Positions 1 to 11,285 are shown, counted from the stretch's first letter. The stretch: DNA of 64,000 nt from an uncultured Gammaproteobacteria bacterium (GCA_964408775.1 CAYPAP010000001.1:21404-85403), one strand, 5' to 3'. Program-made: numbers and translations. Notes: a model not told the origin generated them from the letters alone.

Positions 1-87
1 TTAATTTCAATTATAGAACTTTCCCAAAAAACTTGAGAGTTTCTAAAAAATCTATTAAATATTTATTTTGAAAAATACTTGTTTATT

Positions 88-441
88 TTAATCCATTTTT
101 ATCTCTAAGTCAACCCCTGCAGGCAAACTTAGACTAGTAAGATCTTCGATGGTTTTAGCGGACGGTTCAAAAATATCAATTAGCCTCTTGTGAGTTCTAA
201 TCTCATATTGGTCTCGGGCATTTTTATGAACAAAAGTAGAACGGTTGACAGTATACTTCCTTTTTTCAATTGGAAGTGGAACTGGACCAGAAATCTGAGC
301 ATCATTTCTTTGAGCTGTTTCCATTATAGTCTTAGCGGCCTGATCAATAATCTTATGATCAAAAGACTTAATTTTAATTCTAATTTTACTCTTGAAATCT
401 CCGCTATCATTCTTAACGGATTTGTTTTTACTTTCAGCCAT
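88..441 (-). CDS. rpsJ: 30S ribosomal protein S10
   Basis: 117 aa; 'IRIKIKSFDHKIID...ISGPVPLP...RSTFVHKNARDQYEIRTHKRLIDI' is the S10 signature; lies distal in the str operon. Confidence 0.9.
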   Translation of the reverse strand: MAESKNKSVKNDSGDFKSKIRIKIKSFDHKIIDQAAKTIMETAQRNDAQISGPVPLPIEKRKYTVNRSTFVHKNARDQYEIRTHKRLIDIFEPSAKTIEDLTSLSLPAGVDLEIKMD

Positions 442-527
442 ACGTTAATTGATAAAATATCTCTTAATGAGAATTAATTTTTAAATAAACATTATAAGCT
501 CGCTAATTAATTAGCGAGCTTAAATAT

Positions 528-1757
<1,230 letters not shown>

Positions 1758-1864
1758 AAAGGCAACCAGCCGTTTAAATTAATTATAAATAAACTTATAA
1801 ACAACTAAAAATAGCTAAATCATTAACTATTTTTATTTTTTAATTAAACTCAATTAAAATAATC

Positions 1865-2158
1865 CTATTCTTCTGATTCCTGCTTAATCTGTGGCGGAAT
1901 TTGCCAATTATTGTTTCTAAAATTACGGTTAGAAGAATTATTTTGTTCATTGTTTTCCGTGCTTCCTATTTTATCAATTATTTTTTTTTCTGTCAAGGGC
2001 TGAACCTCTTCTTTTTTTAGGTCTTTTTCTATTAAATTCTCATACTGATCTAAGGTCATAACAACGAAGGAATTTTCGGGCTCGCTATTGTCAAAAACTA
2101 TAATTCGGTCGCCAGTTTTTTTGGATAAATTTATAACTTGTTTTAATTGCTTAGACAT
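1865..2158 (-). CDS. Small hypothetical protein, N-terminal half Phd/YefM antitoxin-like; inserted between tuf and fusA
   Basis: 97 aa; 'RIIVFDNSEPENSFVVMTLDQYENLIE' resembles the YefM core '[25 protein letters not shown]'; C-terminal N/Q-rich tail; no toxin partner ORF adjacent. Confidence 0.35.
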   Translation of the reverse strand: MSKQLKQVINLSKKTGDRIIVFDNSEPENSFVVMTLDQYENLIEKDLKKEEVQPLTEKKIIDKIGSTENNEQNNSSNRNFRNNNWQIPPQIKQESEE

Positions 2159-2228
2159 ATAAAAATAAGATTAAATTATAAATTAAAAAACGACTTTTGA
2201 TTATAGCATATTAATTTAAAAAGGCAAG

Positions 2229-3368
2229 CTAATGCACATCCAATACAAGATTTTGAAGCATCTCCTCTACAGATGGCTCAGAACCATCAACAATATAAAT
2301 ACGAGGGTCAAAAAATTGGAGTCTAGGAGTAGAAATAGTTGAATAATAATGATAAGTGCGATGTATTGTATAATTATTATCAGCTTTCCACTTAAAATCA
2401 TTAGCGGCAAAAACCTTATTACCATCAACATCATAAACACCAGAATCAACGCTCGCTACTGTGGCAGCAGTGTTATGAGGATGAGTATGGCCAACTATTA
2501 AGTACCATTTATCTTTATCAAAGTCGCTTATATTTCTATAAAAGAAATAGGGATTGGTATTTGAAGCGCCAGTAGTTAAAATAAAAACACCGGTATTAGT
2601 GCTACCCGAATAACCCCTTAAGCCAAGGTAGACTCTCCCGCTAGAATCAACCGATGTTTTTTTAAACCAAACAGAAAAACGATACATTTTTGTGCTATCA
2701 ATAGGCATGTCGGTATAAACGCTATTCCAGCCACCATCAGCGTTATTATCACCAACGGGGCGAGTTTCCCAAACAACACTTTCTTGACCAAAGGGGTTTG
2801 TTCCTAAAACCCTTTCATTTTCAGAGGTTAACCCATTTTGTGTAAAACTAAAAGAGCCTCCATATGTAGTTTTAGAAAGAGTCCCACTGCCGACTGCCCA
2901 ATTAGAGGAGTCAAATACAGGACTCGTAGGACTGCTGATGCCAGCGGGGGTAACCTTTTTTAAACCAGCTGTGTAATTTTCTACTTTTTCTGCAAGACAA
3001 AAATACATAAAATAACTATCCCCATCATCGGAGGAGGAATAGTTATAACTGCTATCCCCGCAAGTCATATCAGTATCATTAAGATTGCTTGGGACTTGCG
3101 ACATAAAAGTAACACCAGTAGAACTGCCTATTAGGGATTGGCCGGAGACTATAGAATCTGGGTAAGTGCCCTCTACCCTTTTATAATTCTCTAAAGCAAT
3201 CTGTATCTGATTAATATTATTTATTTTTTTAATTTCCCTTCCTTTTTGACGAGAATTGGATATAGATAAAAAAACCGTAGTTGCTATTAATGTTATTATA
3301 AAAATTACTCCTAAGAGTTCAATTAACGTAAAAGCCTTCCTTTGATAAAAAATCTTTTTAATACCCAT
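2229..3368 (-). CDS. Type IV pilin-like (prepilin-type N-terminal cleavage/methylation) protein with large C-terminal domain
   Basis: 379 aa; basic leader MGIKKIFYQRKA followed by FTLIELLGVIFIITLIA (class III signal, E at +5); ~300 aa beta-rich C-terminal domain of unknown function. Confidence 0.7.
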   Translation of the reverse strand: MGIKKIFYQRKAFTLIELLGVIFIITLIATTVFLSISNSRQKGREIKKINNINQIQIALENYKRVEGTYPDSIVSGQSLIGSSTGVTFMSQVPSNLNDTDMTCGDSSYNYSSSDDGDSYFMYFCLAEKVENYTAGLKKVTPAGISSPTSPVFDSSNWAVGSGTLSKTTYGGSFSFTQNGLTSENERVLGTNPFGQESVVWETRPVGDNNADGGWNSVYTDMPIDSTKMYRFSVWFKKTSVDSSGRVYLGLRGYSGSTNTGVFILTTGASNTNPYFFYRNISDFDKDKWYLIVGHTHPHNTAATVASVDSGVYDVDGNKVFAANDFKWKADNNYTIHRTYHYYSTISTPRLQFFDPRIYIVDGSEPSVEEMLQNLVLDVH

Positions 3369-3489
3369 ATTTTTACTTATAATAAAAATATAAAACTAAT
3401 AATATAATAACATATTAGCATAAAAAAATATTTTCAACAATAAAAATAAGGGGCAAGAATCCCCTTATTTTTCGTACTATATTTTAAAA

Positions 3490-5571
3490 TTATTTTTTTC
3501 CGCTTTTCTCCCTAATTTGCTCTAGTATATTCCTTGGTACTTCATTGTAATGAGAAAACTCCATCACATAATTAGCTCGGCCTTGGCTCATGGAACGAAG
3601 TGAAGTAGCATAACCAAACATCTCAGCCAGTGGAACCTTGGATAAAACAACCTTAGCATTACCCCTTTCAGTCATTTCTTCAATTTGACCTCTCTTAGCA
3701 TTTAAATCACCAATAATACTGCCCATATATTCCTCGGGAGTAGTAACCTCAACTTTCATAACTGGTTCTAACATAATAGGAGTTCCCTTCTGACAAGCTT
3801 CTTTAAAGGCAAAAATAGCCGCCATTTTAAAGGCAATTTCAGAAGAATCAACCTCATGGTAAGATCCGTCATACACAGTGGTTTTAACATCCACCATTGG
3901 ATAACCAGCCAAAATACCACTTTGCATTGCCTCTTTAACTCCCTTTTCTACGGCTGGAATATATTCACGAGGGATAGCACCACCTTTAACCTCATCAACA
4001 AATTCGTAACCCTTACCAGCTTCTTGTGGCTCAACTCGTAAATAACAGTGTCCATATTGACCACGACCACCGGACTGTTTGGCATATTTATGTTCAGCTT
4101 CTGATTTTTGTTTAATAGTTTCACGATAAGAAACCTGGGGATTCCCAACATTAGCATCAACGCTAAACTCTCTTCGCATTCTATCAACGATAATATCTAA
4201 ATGTAATTCCCCCATACCTGAAATTAAAACCTGCCCAGTCTCCTCGTCACTCTCTACTCTAAAAGTAGGATCTTCTTCAGCTAGACGACTCAAGGCAATG
4301 CCCATTTTTTCTTGGTCGGCCTTGGTCTTTGGCTCTACGGCAATTTTAATAACTGGCTCTGGAAAAATAATTGATTCTAATAGTATTGGCCTTTTTTCGT
4401 CACATAAAGTATTTCCAGTAGTAGTATCTTTTAGTCCGATAACGGCAGCAATATCCCCAGCTTTAATTTCTTTAATTTCTTCACGATGGTTAGCATGCAT
4501 ACGAACTAAACGCCCCACTCTTTCTTTATTTCCAGTAGAAGAGTTAATAATATAAGAACCGGAACTTAGAACTCCGCTATATACACGGACAAAACAAAGT
4601 TTACCAACAAATGGATCAGTAGCAATTTTAAAAGCTAGACCGGCGAATGGTTCTTTTTCATCAGCCTTAATAACTGTTTTTTTGATCTCATCTTTAATAT
4701 CACTTCCTTCAATTTCAGGAACATCTAAAGGAGACGGTAAATATTCGCAAACAGCATCTAAGGCTAATTGAACTCCAATATTTTGCAAAGCTGTTCCACA
4801 CATTACCGGATAAATTTCATTAGCGATAACCCCTTTTCTTAAGGCCTTCTTTAAATCTTCTAAAGAAAGTTCTTCTCCGCCTAAATATTTTTCAGTCAAA
4901 GCATCATCAAATTCGGCTACTTTTTCCACCAAGTCAGCATAATATTTATTTAATTTTTCCTCCATATCAGCTGGAACTGGGATCTCGCTTATTTGCTCAC
5001 CAAAGCTTCCTTCAAATTTATAAGCTTTTTTTGTTAAAATATCAATTACTCCTGAAAAATTATTTTCTGACCCGATTGGTAACTGATAAGCAAAGGCCTT
5101 AGAATTTAATCTTTTCTTGATAGACTCCAAGCTCATATAAAAGTCAGCGCCAGTTTTATCCATTTTATTAATAAAACAAATTCTAGGGACTCGATATTTA
5201 TCAGCTTGACGCCAAACAGTTTCGGATTGAGGCTCTACTCCTTGAGAAGCATCAAAAACAGCAATAGCACCATCTAGAACACGGAGTGATCTTTCCACCT
5301 CTACAGTAAAATCAACGTGACCAGGAGTATCAATAATATTGATTTTGTTTTCTTTCCAATAACAAGTGGTAGCAGCTGAGGTGATAGTAATACCACGCTC
5401 TTTTTCTTGTTCCATCCAGTCCATATCGGCGGCTCCATCATGAGTTTCTCCGATCTTATGCTTTTTACCGGTGTAAAACAAAACTCGCTCAGTAAAAGTT
5501 GTTTTACCAGCGTCAATGTGGGCCATGATTCCGATGTTACGGAATTTATCTAGAGTATAATCTTGTGACAT
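3490..5571 (-). CDS. fusA: Elongation factor G
   Basis: 693 aa; [17 protein letters not shown] and NKMD GTPase motifs; EF-G domain order. Confidence 0.97.
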   Translation of the reverse strand: MSQDYTLDKFRNIGIMAHIDAGKTTFTERVLFYTGKKHKIGETHDGAADMDWMEQEKERGITITSAATTCYWKENKINIIDTPGHVDFTVEVERSLRVLDGAIAVFDASQGVEPQSETVWRQADKYRVPRICFINKMDKTGADFYMSLESIKKRLNSKAFAYQLPIGSENNFSGVIDILTKKAYKFEGSFGEQISEIPVPADMEEKLNKYYADLVEKVAEFDDALTEKYLGGEELSLEDLKKALRKGVIANEIYPVMCGTALQNIGVQLALDAVCEYLPSPLDVPEIEGSDIKDEIKKTVIKADEKEPFAGLAFKIATDPFVGKLCFVRVYSGVLSSGSYIINSSTGNKERVGRLVRMHANHREEIKEIKAGDIAAVIGLKDTTTGNTLCDEKRPILLESIIFPEPVIKIAVEPKTKADQEKMGIALSRLAEEDPTFRVESDEETGQVLISGMGELHLDIIVDRMRREFSVDANVGNPQVSYRETIKQKSEAEHKYAKQSGGRGQYGHCYLRVEPQEAGKGYEFVDEVKGGAIPREYIPAVEKGVKEAMQSGILAGYPMVDVKTTVYDGSYHEVDSSEIAFKMAAIFAFKEACQKGTPIMLEPVMKVEVTTPEEYMGSIIGDLNAKRGQIEEMTERGNAKVVLSKVPLAEMFGYATSLRSMSQGRANYVMEFSHYNEVPRNILEQIREKSGKK

Positions 5572-5580
5572 AGTTGTTTA

Positions 5581-5620
5581 ATAGAATCTTTGGGATCTTT
5601 AGAATCTTTGAGATCTTTAG
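5581..5620. repeat. Four tandem ~10-bp direct repeats (RRATCTTTR) upstream of fusA
   Basis: agaatctttg ggatcttta gaatctttga gatctttag; each unit contains a GATC or AATC core; iteron-like. Confidence 0.6.
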
Positions 5621-5648
5621 GATATTTTAATTAATTTATTATTTTTAT

Positions 5649-5890
5649 TTCTAAAAGTTTAAATTTTGTATTCCTAAAAGTTGATATTTTGTGGAAATTT
5701 TTAGGAAAAGGCGAGAAATGAAGCGAGTCTAAAAATTTCCAACCTAATTCTTAAAAGTTTAAATTTTGAGCGAAGTTTTAGGAAAAAGTGAAAAACAATT
5801 TCTAATTAGAAAAATTTAAATTTTAGATGAAGCTTTAGGAAGGGGCGAGAAATGAAGCGAGTCGTATTTTAATACGGCGAGCAAATTTCG
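5649..5890. repeat. Degenerate tandem repeat array (~55-100 bp units) in the rpsG-fusA spacer
   Basis: 'ttctaaaagtttaaattttg' occurs 3 times and 'ttaggaa(a/g)ggcgagaaatgaagcgagtc' twice; GC-rich words in an AT-rich background; rpsG and fusA are normally adjacent. Confidence 0.7.
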
Positions 5891-5931
5891 ATGTCCCTGA
5901 CGACAAGCTTCGCTAAAATTTAGATTTTTCC

Positions 5932-6399
5932 CTACCGGGAGAAATGGGCAAAGGCCTTGTTAGACTCCGCCATTTTATGCACAGTCTCCCTCTTTCTAAC
6001 TGCCGCACCCTCACCATTGGAAGCATCTAAAATTTCAGCGGCTAACTTTTCGGCCATTGATTTTCCCTTTCTAGCCTTAGCTGCATCAATAATCCAATGA
6101 CAACCCAAGTAAAATCTTCTCTCTCCTCTAACTTGAAAAGGAACCTGATAGTTGGCTCCACCAACTCTCTTACCACGAACCTCTAATAAAGGCGAAACCT
6201 TTTTTAGGGCTTTATTAAAAATGTGACGAGGATCATGCTTGGTCTCTTGTCTAATAATATCAAAAGCATCATAAACAATAGATTGGGCAGTTGATCTCTT
6301 GCCGTGAACCATTATATAATTTATAAACTTAGCGATATTTTTATCACCATATTTTAAATCATTTTCTATATCTCTTTTTGGAGCTTGTTTACCTCTCAT
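5932..6399 (-). CDS. rpsG: 30S ribosomal protein S7
   Basis: 155 aa; S7 signature 'KRSTAQSIVYDAFD...VEVRGKRVGGANYQVP'. Confidence 0.93.
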   Translation of the reverse strand: MRGKQAPKRDIENDLKYGDKNIAKFINYIMVHGKRSTAQSIVYDAFDIIRQETKHDPRHIFNKALKKVSPLLEVRGKRVGGANYQVPFQVRGERRFYLGCHWIIDAAKARKGKSMAEKLAAEILDASNGEGAAVRKRETVHKMAESNKAFAHFSR

Positions 6400-6469
6400 A
6401 GTTTTTTCAAGTTACCAGCTATAGCAACTTATTATATTATTTATATTATTTGTACTGCAAATTTATTAA

Positions 6470-6889
6470 TTATTCCTTCGGTTTCTTCGCGCCATAACGA
6501 CTACGACTCTTACGACGCTTATCAACACCCTGGGCATCATAAACACCTCGAACAACCTTATATCTAACACCTGGTAAATCTTTAGTTTTTCCACCCTTAA
6601 GTAAAACAATAGAGTGTTCTTGTAAGTTATGCCCCATTCCTGGAATATAAGCAGTCACCTCCATGCCATTAGATAAACGAACACGAGCTATTTTACGCAA
6701 GGCTGAGTTTGGTTTTTTTGGAGTCATAGTGGTAACCTTAAGACAAACCCCCTGTTTAAAAGGAGCCCCTTTTTTGGTTACTTTTTTCTTACGATGCAAA
6801 GAATCTAAAGTAGTTCTAAGAGCTAAATTTTTCTTTCTCTTACTAGATGATTGACGTCCTTTTCTAACTAATTGATTGATAGTTGGCAT
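6470..6889 (-). CDS. rpsL: 30S ribosomal protein S12
   Basis: '[12 protein letters not shown]...' S12 N-terminus at the internal Met; the ORF-track call has a spurious 15-aa upstream extension. Confidence 0.93.
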   Translation of the reverse strand: MPTINQLVRKGRQSSSKRKKNLALRTTLDSLHRKKKVTKKGAPFKQGVCLKVTTMTPKKPNSALRKIARVRLSNGMEVTAYIPGMGHNLQEHSIVLLKGGKTKDLPGVRYKVVRGVYDAQGVDKRRKSRSRYGAKKPKE

Positions 6890-7012
6890 AAATAAAAAAA
6901 TTAAATAAAAATTAAAATATAACAAAAACAACAAACCCTCCGTAAAAGGTTCTCATTTGTATATAAAATTTAACAAATTAATAAAAATAAGTCAATAACC
7001 AGAAATAAAAAA

Positions 7013-7459
7013 CTAAAATATAAAAAAAACTAAAAATAATACTAAACTAAAAAGCAACTCTTGCTTGGAATAATAAGGAATAAAACCCTTAATATTTAAC
7101 TTAGTTAAAGGATAAAAGGGCATGAAATCAGAATTATCCAGAGCGTCTAAAAGAAAATGGCCCAAATAAGCAATTGCAAAAATGATGGCAAAACGAGGAT
7201 CAAATAAATATAAAATTCCCGAGAAAAAAACTAAAGCAAAAATACCATGAAAATAACTTCGATTGCTATCCTTGTAGCTACGAGATCTTCTCCAATATTC
7301 TTTAATATTGAAAAGTCTTCTTTCTTTAATTGCTGGAAATAAATGATCGACATCAATAGCCAAAGATCCAATTAAGGCAGCAGAGTAATCCCCCGACAGC
7401 TTACCGATTATCAAACCCAAGGCCAAGTGAGTAGTAATGTACATATTCTTTAAAGCCAC
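7013..7459 (-). CDS. Membrane-bound metal-dependent hydrolase-like protein (YdjM/DUF457-like)
   Basis: 148 aa; multiple TM segments; His/Asp-rich motifs 'LAIDVDHLF' and 'GHFLLDALDN'. Confidence 0.35.
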   Translation of the reverse strand: MALKNMYITTHLALGLIIGKLSGDYSAALIGSLAIDVDHLFPAIKERRLFNIKEYWRRSRSYKDSNRSYFHGIFALVFFSGILYLFDPRFAIIFAIAYLGHFLLDALDNSDFMPFYPLTKLNIKGFIPYYSKQELLFSLVLFLVFFIF

Positions 7460-8145
7460 TAAATCCCCGTTAGAAAAGACAAGGAATAAAGTATAGGATA
7501 AAATATTAATCTAAAAAATCCAAACATTATCAAAAACAAAATAATAAACAAACCGTAGCGCTCAATAGATAAAACTTTGTATTTCAATCTACCGGGCAGA
7601 AAATTAACTAGTATCTTAGACCCATCTAAGGGAGGAATCGGAATTAAATTAAATATAGCTAATAATAAATTTAAAAAACAAAAAAGAATGGCCATTAAAA
7701 AAATGACATTAACAATATTGCCAGATATAGCTGAACCAATAAATGAGAAGTCGGCCCTAAAATAGGCGGTCAATATATTGGCCTTTAAGCTGGAAGCAAC
7801 TGGCAAAAATCGAGCTAGTAATCCAAAAAAAACAGCTAAAATAATATTAGATCCGGGTCCAGCAATCGCTACTTTTAAATCTCCATATTTTTTATCCCTA
7901 ATATTAAAGGGATTATAAGGCACCGGTTTAGCCCAGGCTAGTAAAAAACTTGATCCGGACAAAACAAAAAACAGGGGCAATAAAATAGACCCGAATAAAT
8001 CAATATGCGGAATGGGATTCAGTGTTAGGCGACCCAAATCTTTGGCCGTGCTATCTCCCAACCTATTAGCCATCCAAGCGTGCCCATATTCATGAACAAT
8101 TATGGAAAATATTAAAATGGCGATCGATAAAATTATTATTGACAT
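7459..8145 (-). CDS. Site-2 protease family (peptidase M50) zinc metalloprotease
   Basis: 228 aa; HEYGHAWMA (HExxH) in a TM helix plus 'NLIPIPPLDGSKIL' (LDG zinc-ligand motif); polytopic membrane protein. Confidence 0.75.
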   Translation of the reverse strand: MSIIILSIAILIFSIIVHEYGHAWMANRLGDSTAKDLGRLTLNPIPHIDLFGSILLPLFFVLSGSSFLLAWAKPVPYNPFNIRDKKYGDLKVAIAGPGSNIILAVFFGLLARFLPVASSLKANILTAYFRADFSFIGSAISGNIVNVIFLMAILFCFLNLLLAIFNLIPIPPLDGSKILVNFLPGRLKYKVLSIERYGLFIILFLIMFGFFRLIFYPILYSLSFLTGI

Positions 8146-8290
8146 AAGTAAAAATAAAAATTATCTTTAGTATAGCAAATTATTTTTTTATTGGCAAAAA
8201 TATTAAGTGAAAATACCAAGTATTGATTATTTTAAAAATTGTGCTACAATAAAACACATTAAGATAAAAATTAATTTTAAAAATAAAAAT

Positions 8291-8473
8291 ATGGGAAAAA
8301 GATGCGATGTTTGCAAACGAAGCTCAACTAAAGGGGTCAGCCGATCACACTCTAATATTAAAACTCTAAAAAGACAAGGTATAAATTTGCAAACCAAAAA
8401 CATCATGGGGATAAAAGCCAAGGTTTGCGTTAAATGCCTTAGAACCATGAAAAAGAACGAAGAGGAAAAATAA
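8291..8473 (+). CDS. rpmB: 50S ribosomal protein L28
   Basis: 'MGKRCDVCKRSSTKGVSRSHSNIKTLKRQGINLQ...KAKVCVKCLRTMKK' matches the L28 pattern; start at internal Met; only convincing plus-strand gene in the first 19 kb. Confidence 0.8.
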   Translation: MGKRCDVCKRSSTKGVSRSHSNIKTLKRQGINLQTKNIMGIKAKVCVKCLRTMKKNEEEK

Positions 8474-8520
8474 ATATTCAAAAAAAGAAAATAAATAAAA
8501 ACGAGATGAAAATCTTGTTT

Positions 8521-10008
8521 TTATTTTTTGTATTTTTTCATTAAATAAAATAAAATTAAATAATAAATAATAGATAAATAAATTGACCAATTATTAATAT
8601 TAACAAAAGCTCCTGGAATATTATTAACAGAGCCCCCAACAAATAGAATATATTTGATAATTAAATCGATTAATGAATAAAGCAATTGCCCTAAAAATGG
8701 AATAATAGAAGATAATAAAATCGCTACAATGGAAAGAGAAATAATAAATGGCAATAACCACACCACCAATAAATTACTAATGGGAGCAATTAGGGAAAAT
8801 TGTTTAAAGCTGGAAATTAAAATTGGCCCAGCAATTAATTGAACAGAAATTGTAATACTTAAAATATCGATGATAGCCTCGTTTATCCTTATTATTTTAA
8901 AAATTCTCAAACTTAAAAACTCTTTAACTACGGGGTGTATATAAATTATTCCTAAAACTGCCAAAAAAGATAATTGAAATCCCAAATCACCAAAAAGTAA
9001 TAAGGGATTTAAAAGTAATAAAAAAATTCCGGCAAAAAATAAAACATTAACCAGGTTTCCTGCCCTGCCCATATAAACAGCCAGAAATGATAGAAATCCC
9101 ATTAATGAGGCCCGCGAAGCTGAGGCTGGCGCTCCGATTAAGATTAAATAAAAGGCTAAAAATAAAATACTACCATAAAAAGATTGTCGGCGCGATAGAC
9201 CAGAAAATAATAAAAAGCTTAAAAACAAAGAGCTTAGCAAGCTAATATGCATGCCAGAAATAGCAATAATATGACTAAGTCCGGCCCGAGAAAATTTTTC
9301 TCGTAATTCTAGGGACAGAAAAGTTTTATCCCCCAGAAGCATCGCCCTTAAAATCGCCGAAGACTCTAGGCTTAAATAAAAATCAAATTGATTGGCTACT
9401 TTGGATTTTAAATTATTAATAGCAATGAAAAAATTTTTAGCAAAAAAAGATTTTTCTGGAATGCTTATTTTTTTAATATTGGGATAATAGGATACAGCTG
9501 TTATCCCATATCTCTTTAAATAAAGTCCATAATCGAAATCTTCAATAATTCCAGGTTTCTGCCACTTCCCCGAAACTTGCAAAAAATCTCCCAAATTATA
9601 TCGCGGATATGAAACAGAGCTAACTAAGACCCCCCCTTTTAATTTAAACTTGTTATCAAGCTCATCTAGTCCATAGATTATTTTTATTTTAATTCTTTGT
9701 CTTATGTCATTTGATTCCGGCTCAGAAATAATTTGCCCAACCAAGATTAATTCTTGGTTATTATAATTTTCAATTCTTCCTAAAGTGCTTTCAGGAAATA
9801 TTAATAGATAGCGCCAAATGGCTAAAAATAAAAAGAATAAAATTATTAAAAAAATTTTCTTGAATTTTAATAATAAAAGGAGAGATGAGAAAGTAAAAAT
9901 AAAAAATAAGAAAGCGGAAAAATTTCTTAGGAAATAAAAATAATGAGCCAAAAATAAACCGACCACAAAGGATGAGGCTGATATTAACCAAAAATGTTTT
10001 TTAAACAT
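8521..10008 (-). CDS. comEC: ComEC/Rec2-family DNA internalization channel (competence domain only)
   Basis: 495 aa polytopic membrane protein; 'LRAMLLGDKTFLSLELREKFSRAGLSHIIAISGMHISLL' matches the ComEC motif; no C-terminal metallo-beta-lactamase domain. Confidence 0.75.
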   Translation of the reverse strand: MFKKHFWLISASSFVVGLFLAHYFYFLRNFSAFLFFIFTFSSLLLLLKFKKIFLIILFFLFLAIWRYLLIFPESTLGRIENYNNQELILVGQIISEPESNDIRQRIKIKIIYGLDELDNKFKLKGGVLVSSVSYPRYNLGDFLQVSGKWQKPGIIEDFDYGLYLKRYGITAVSYYPNIKKISIPEKSFFAKNFFIAINNLKSKVANQFDFYLSLESSAILRAMLLGDKTFLSLELREKFSRAGLSHIIAISGMHISLLSSLFLSFLLFSGLSRRQSFYGSILFLAFYLILIGAPASASRASLMGFLSFLAVYMGRAGNLVNVLFFAGIFLLLLNPLLLFGDLGFQLSFLAVLGIIYIHPVVKEFLSLRIFKIIRINEAIIDILSITISVQLIAGPILISSFKQFSLIAPISNLLVVWLLPFIISLSIVAILLSSIIPFLGQLLYSLIDLIIKYILFVGGSVNNIPGAFVNINNWSIYLSIIYYLILFYLMKKYKK

Positions 10009-10115
10009 AAAATACCAATAAATTAATATTGGTATTTTATATAAAGCGTTTTAAAGATTGTTTAAATTTTTGATAAATTATAAATATATCAATCAGAGAG
10101 GTTTAAATTAAATAA

Positions 10116-11180
10116 TTAATTTTTAATACAGCGCACAGCATAACCGCTCGCACGAGCATTAGTTCCGGCATAAGCTTCAACACCGCCAAAGAAAAAAAGA
10201 CGCGCATAACCACTTTCTATATTACTGGACCAATAATAGCCATAAAGTCCAGCATTATAAAGAGATCCACCAAAGCCACGATTTCCATTTAAGGTTAATT
10301 TTAAAGACGAGGCAAAAGCTCCAGCTGAATCACTTGAACTCCAAGTTGCCATTTCGGCAGTCCACTCTGCTTCGGTTGGTATTCTAAAGCTGTCTGGACA
10401 GGGATTATTAATTCCATCCAATCCTTGCCATAAATTATTGTTAGAAGGGTTTCGCCAATCGTAAGGATCAGCTGCGGAAATAATAAAATTAGCGTGACCC
10501 GGGGTATCGGAGGTGGCCAATGTCGCTGTCGTGGCCGAGGTTCTGATTTGATGACCATCGTCTAATCTCCCCCACTGGAAAAGGTCGCCATAAGCGTTAG
10601 TGTCAGTAGATGAAATAGCTACCTGGGAAGCTCCAAGGTTGCGATCCAACCAGCATTCGCCAGTAACAGGGTTTAATGCCGTCCCATAAGTTACAGGAGA
10701 TCCGTTATATGTAAAACTCACATTATAACCACCACATTGAGGAGTGCTTATCCCGTTAGGGCTGGCTATTTTTAATCCAGCTGATAAATCAGAAATATTA
10801 CCTCCAACACAAAAACCTATAGTATAAGTTGAGCCATCAGCAGAGGTGTAAGTATAAGCATTATCGCTCTCTTCACAATCTCCGTCTGCTGGAGTAGGGG
10901 CTAAGGGAACTCTGGCCATATAGGTTGATCCTCCGGTAGCTATAGCTGTGTCTATTTCTCCAGTTAAAGGATATACTCCGGTGTCATTATAATATAGCTC
11001 TAGTGCTGTTTGCATCTGCCTGACATCAGCGATTCTTTTGGCGTCTCGAGCATTCTTCCTGGCATTTTGTAGGGACACTACGGCCAGAGTTGATAAAATA
11101 CCTATTATGGCTATCACTACTAACAGTTCAATTAGAGTAAAAGCCGGCTTGGTGGATTTATTATTCTTTATTTTAAACAT
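10116..11180 (-). CDS. Type IV pilin-like N-terminus fused to a Fibrobacter-succinogenes-major-paralogous-like C-terminal domain
   Basis: 354 aa; leader MFKIKNNKSTKPA + FTLIELLVVIAIIGILSTLAV; C-terminus 'FQWGRLDDGH...YGYYWSSN...SGYAVRCIKN' resembles the TIGR02145 Fib_succ_major ending '...GFSVRCVKD'. Confidence 0.6.
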   Translation of the reverse strand: MFKIKNNKSTKPAFTLIELLVVIAIIGILSTLAVVSLQNARKNARDAKRIADVRQMQTALELYYNDTGVYPLTGEIDTAIATGGSTYMARVPLAPTPADGDCEESDNAYTYTSADGSTYTIGFCVGGNISDLSAGLKIASPNGISTPQCGGYNVSFTYNGSPVTYGTALNPVTGECWLDRNLGASQVAISSTDTNAYGDLFQWGRLDDGHQIRTSATTATLATSDTPGHANFIISAADPYDWRNPSNNNLWQGLDGINNPCPDSFRIPTEAEWTAEMATWSSSDSAGAFASSLKLTLNGNRGFGGSLYNAGLYGYYWSSNIESGYARLFFFGGVEAYAGTNARASGYAVRCIKN

Positions 11181-11285
11181 ATTTTTTATTTTATTTATAT
11201 TTTTTAGAATGTTTAGGAGGTTTGAGAGAATTAGGATAATTTTTTTTCTCTGCCAGCGTTTAAAAATTTCAGAATAGATGAGAGC

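Noticed and set aside
190-477. Plus-strand ORFs of 60-130 aa that lie inside minus-strand genes (e.g. 190-477, 535-720, 865-1119, 3856-4041, 11038-11277, 25758-26132, 39821-40117, 46188-46559, 60777-61154)
   Set aside because: Each sits antisense to a well-supported conserved gene (S10, EF-Tu, EF-G, pilin, L25, NuoF-like, Dus, RpoA). Their compositions are low-complexity (Ser/Leu/Ile/Phe-rich), typical of reverse-frame translation of AT-rich coding DNA. No motifs were found.
6890-6934. N-terminal extensions in ORF-track calls for rpsL, the S8 protease (25690-25884), rsmH (17246-17293) and GT4 (55236-55322)
   Set aside because: The extensions overlap neighbouring genes or precede canonical conserved N-termini (MPTINQLV; the MKIRVII signal peptide; MSNYSHIPVML). 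Starts were moved to internal Met codons.
8227-8590. Minus-strand ORFs 8227-8481 and 8366-8590 overlapping rpmB
   Set aside because: Phe/Leu-rich reverse-frame artefacts opposite the well-supported L28 gene and the AT-rich comEC 3' flank.
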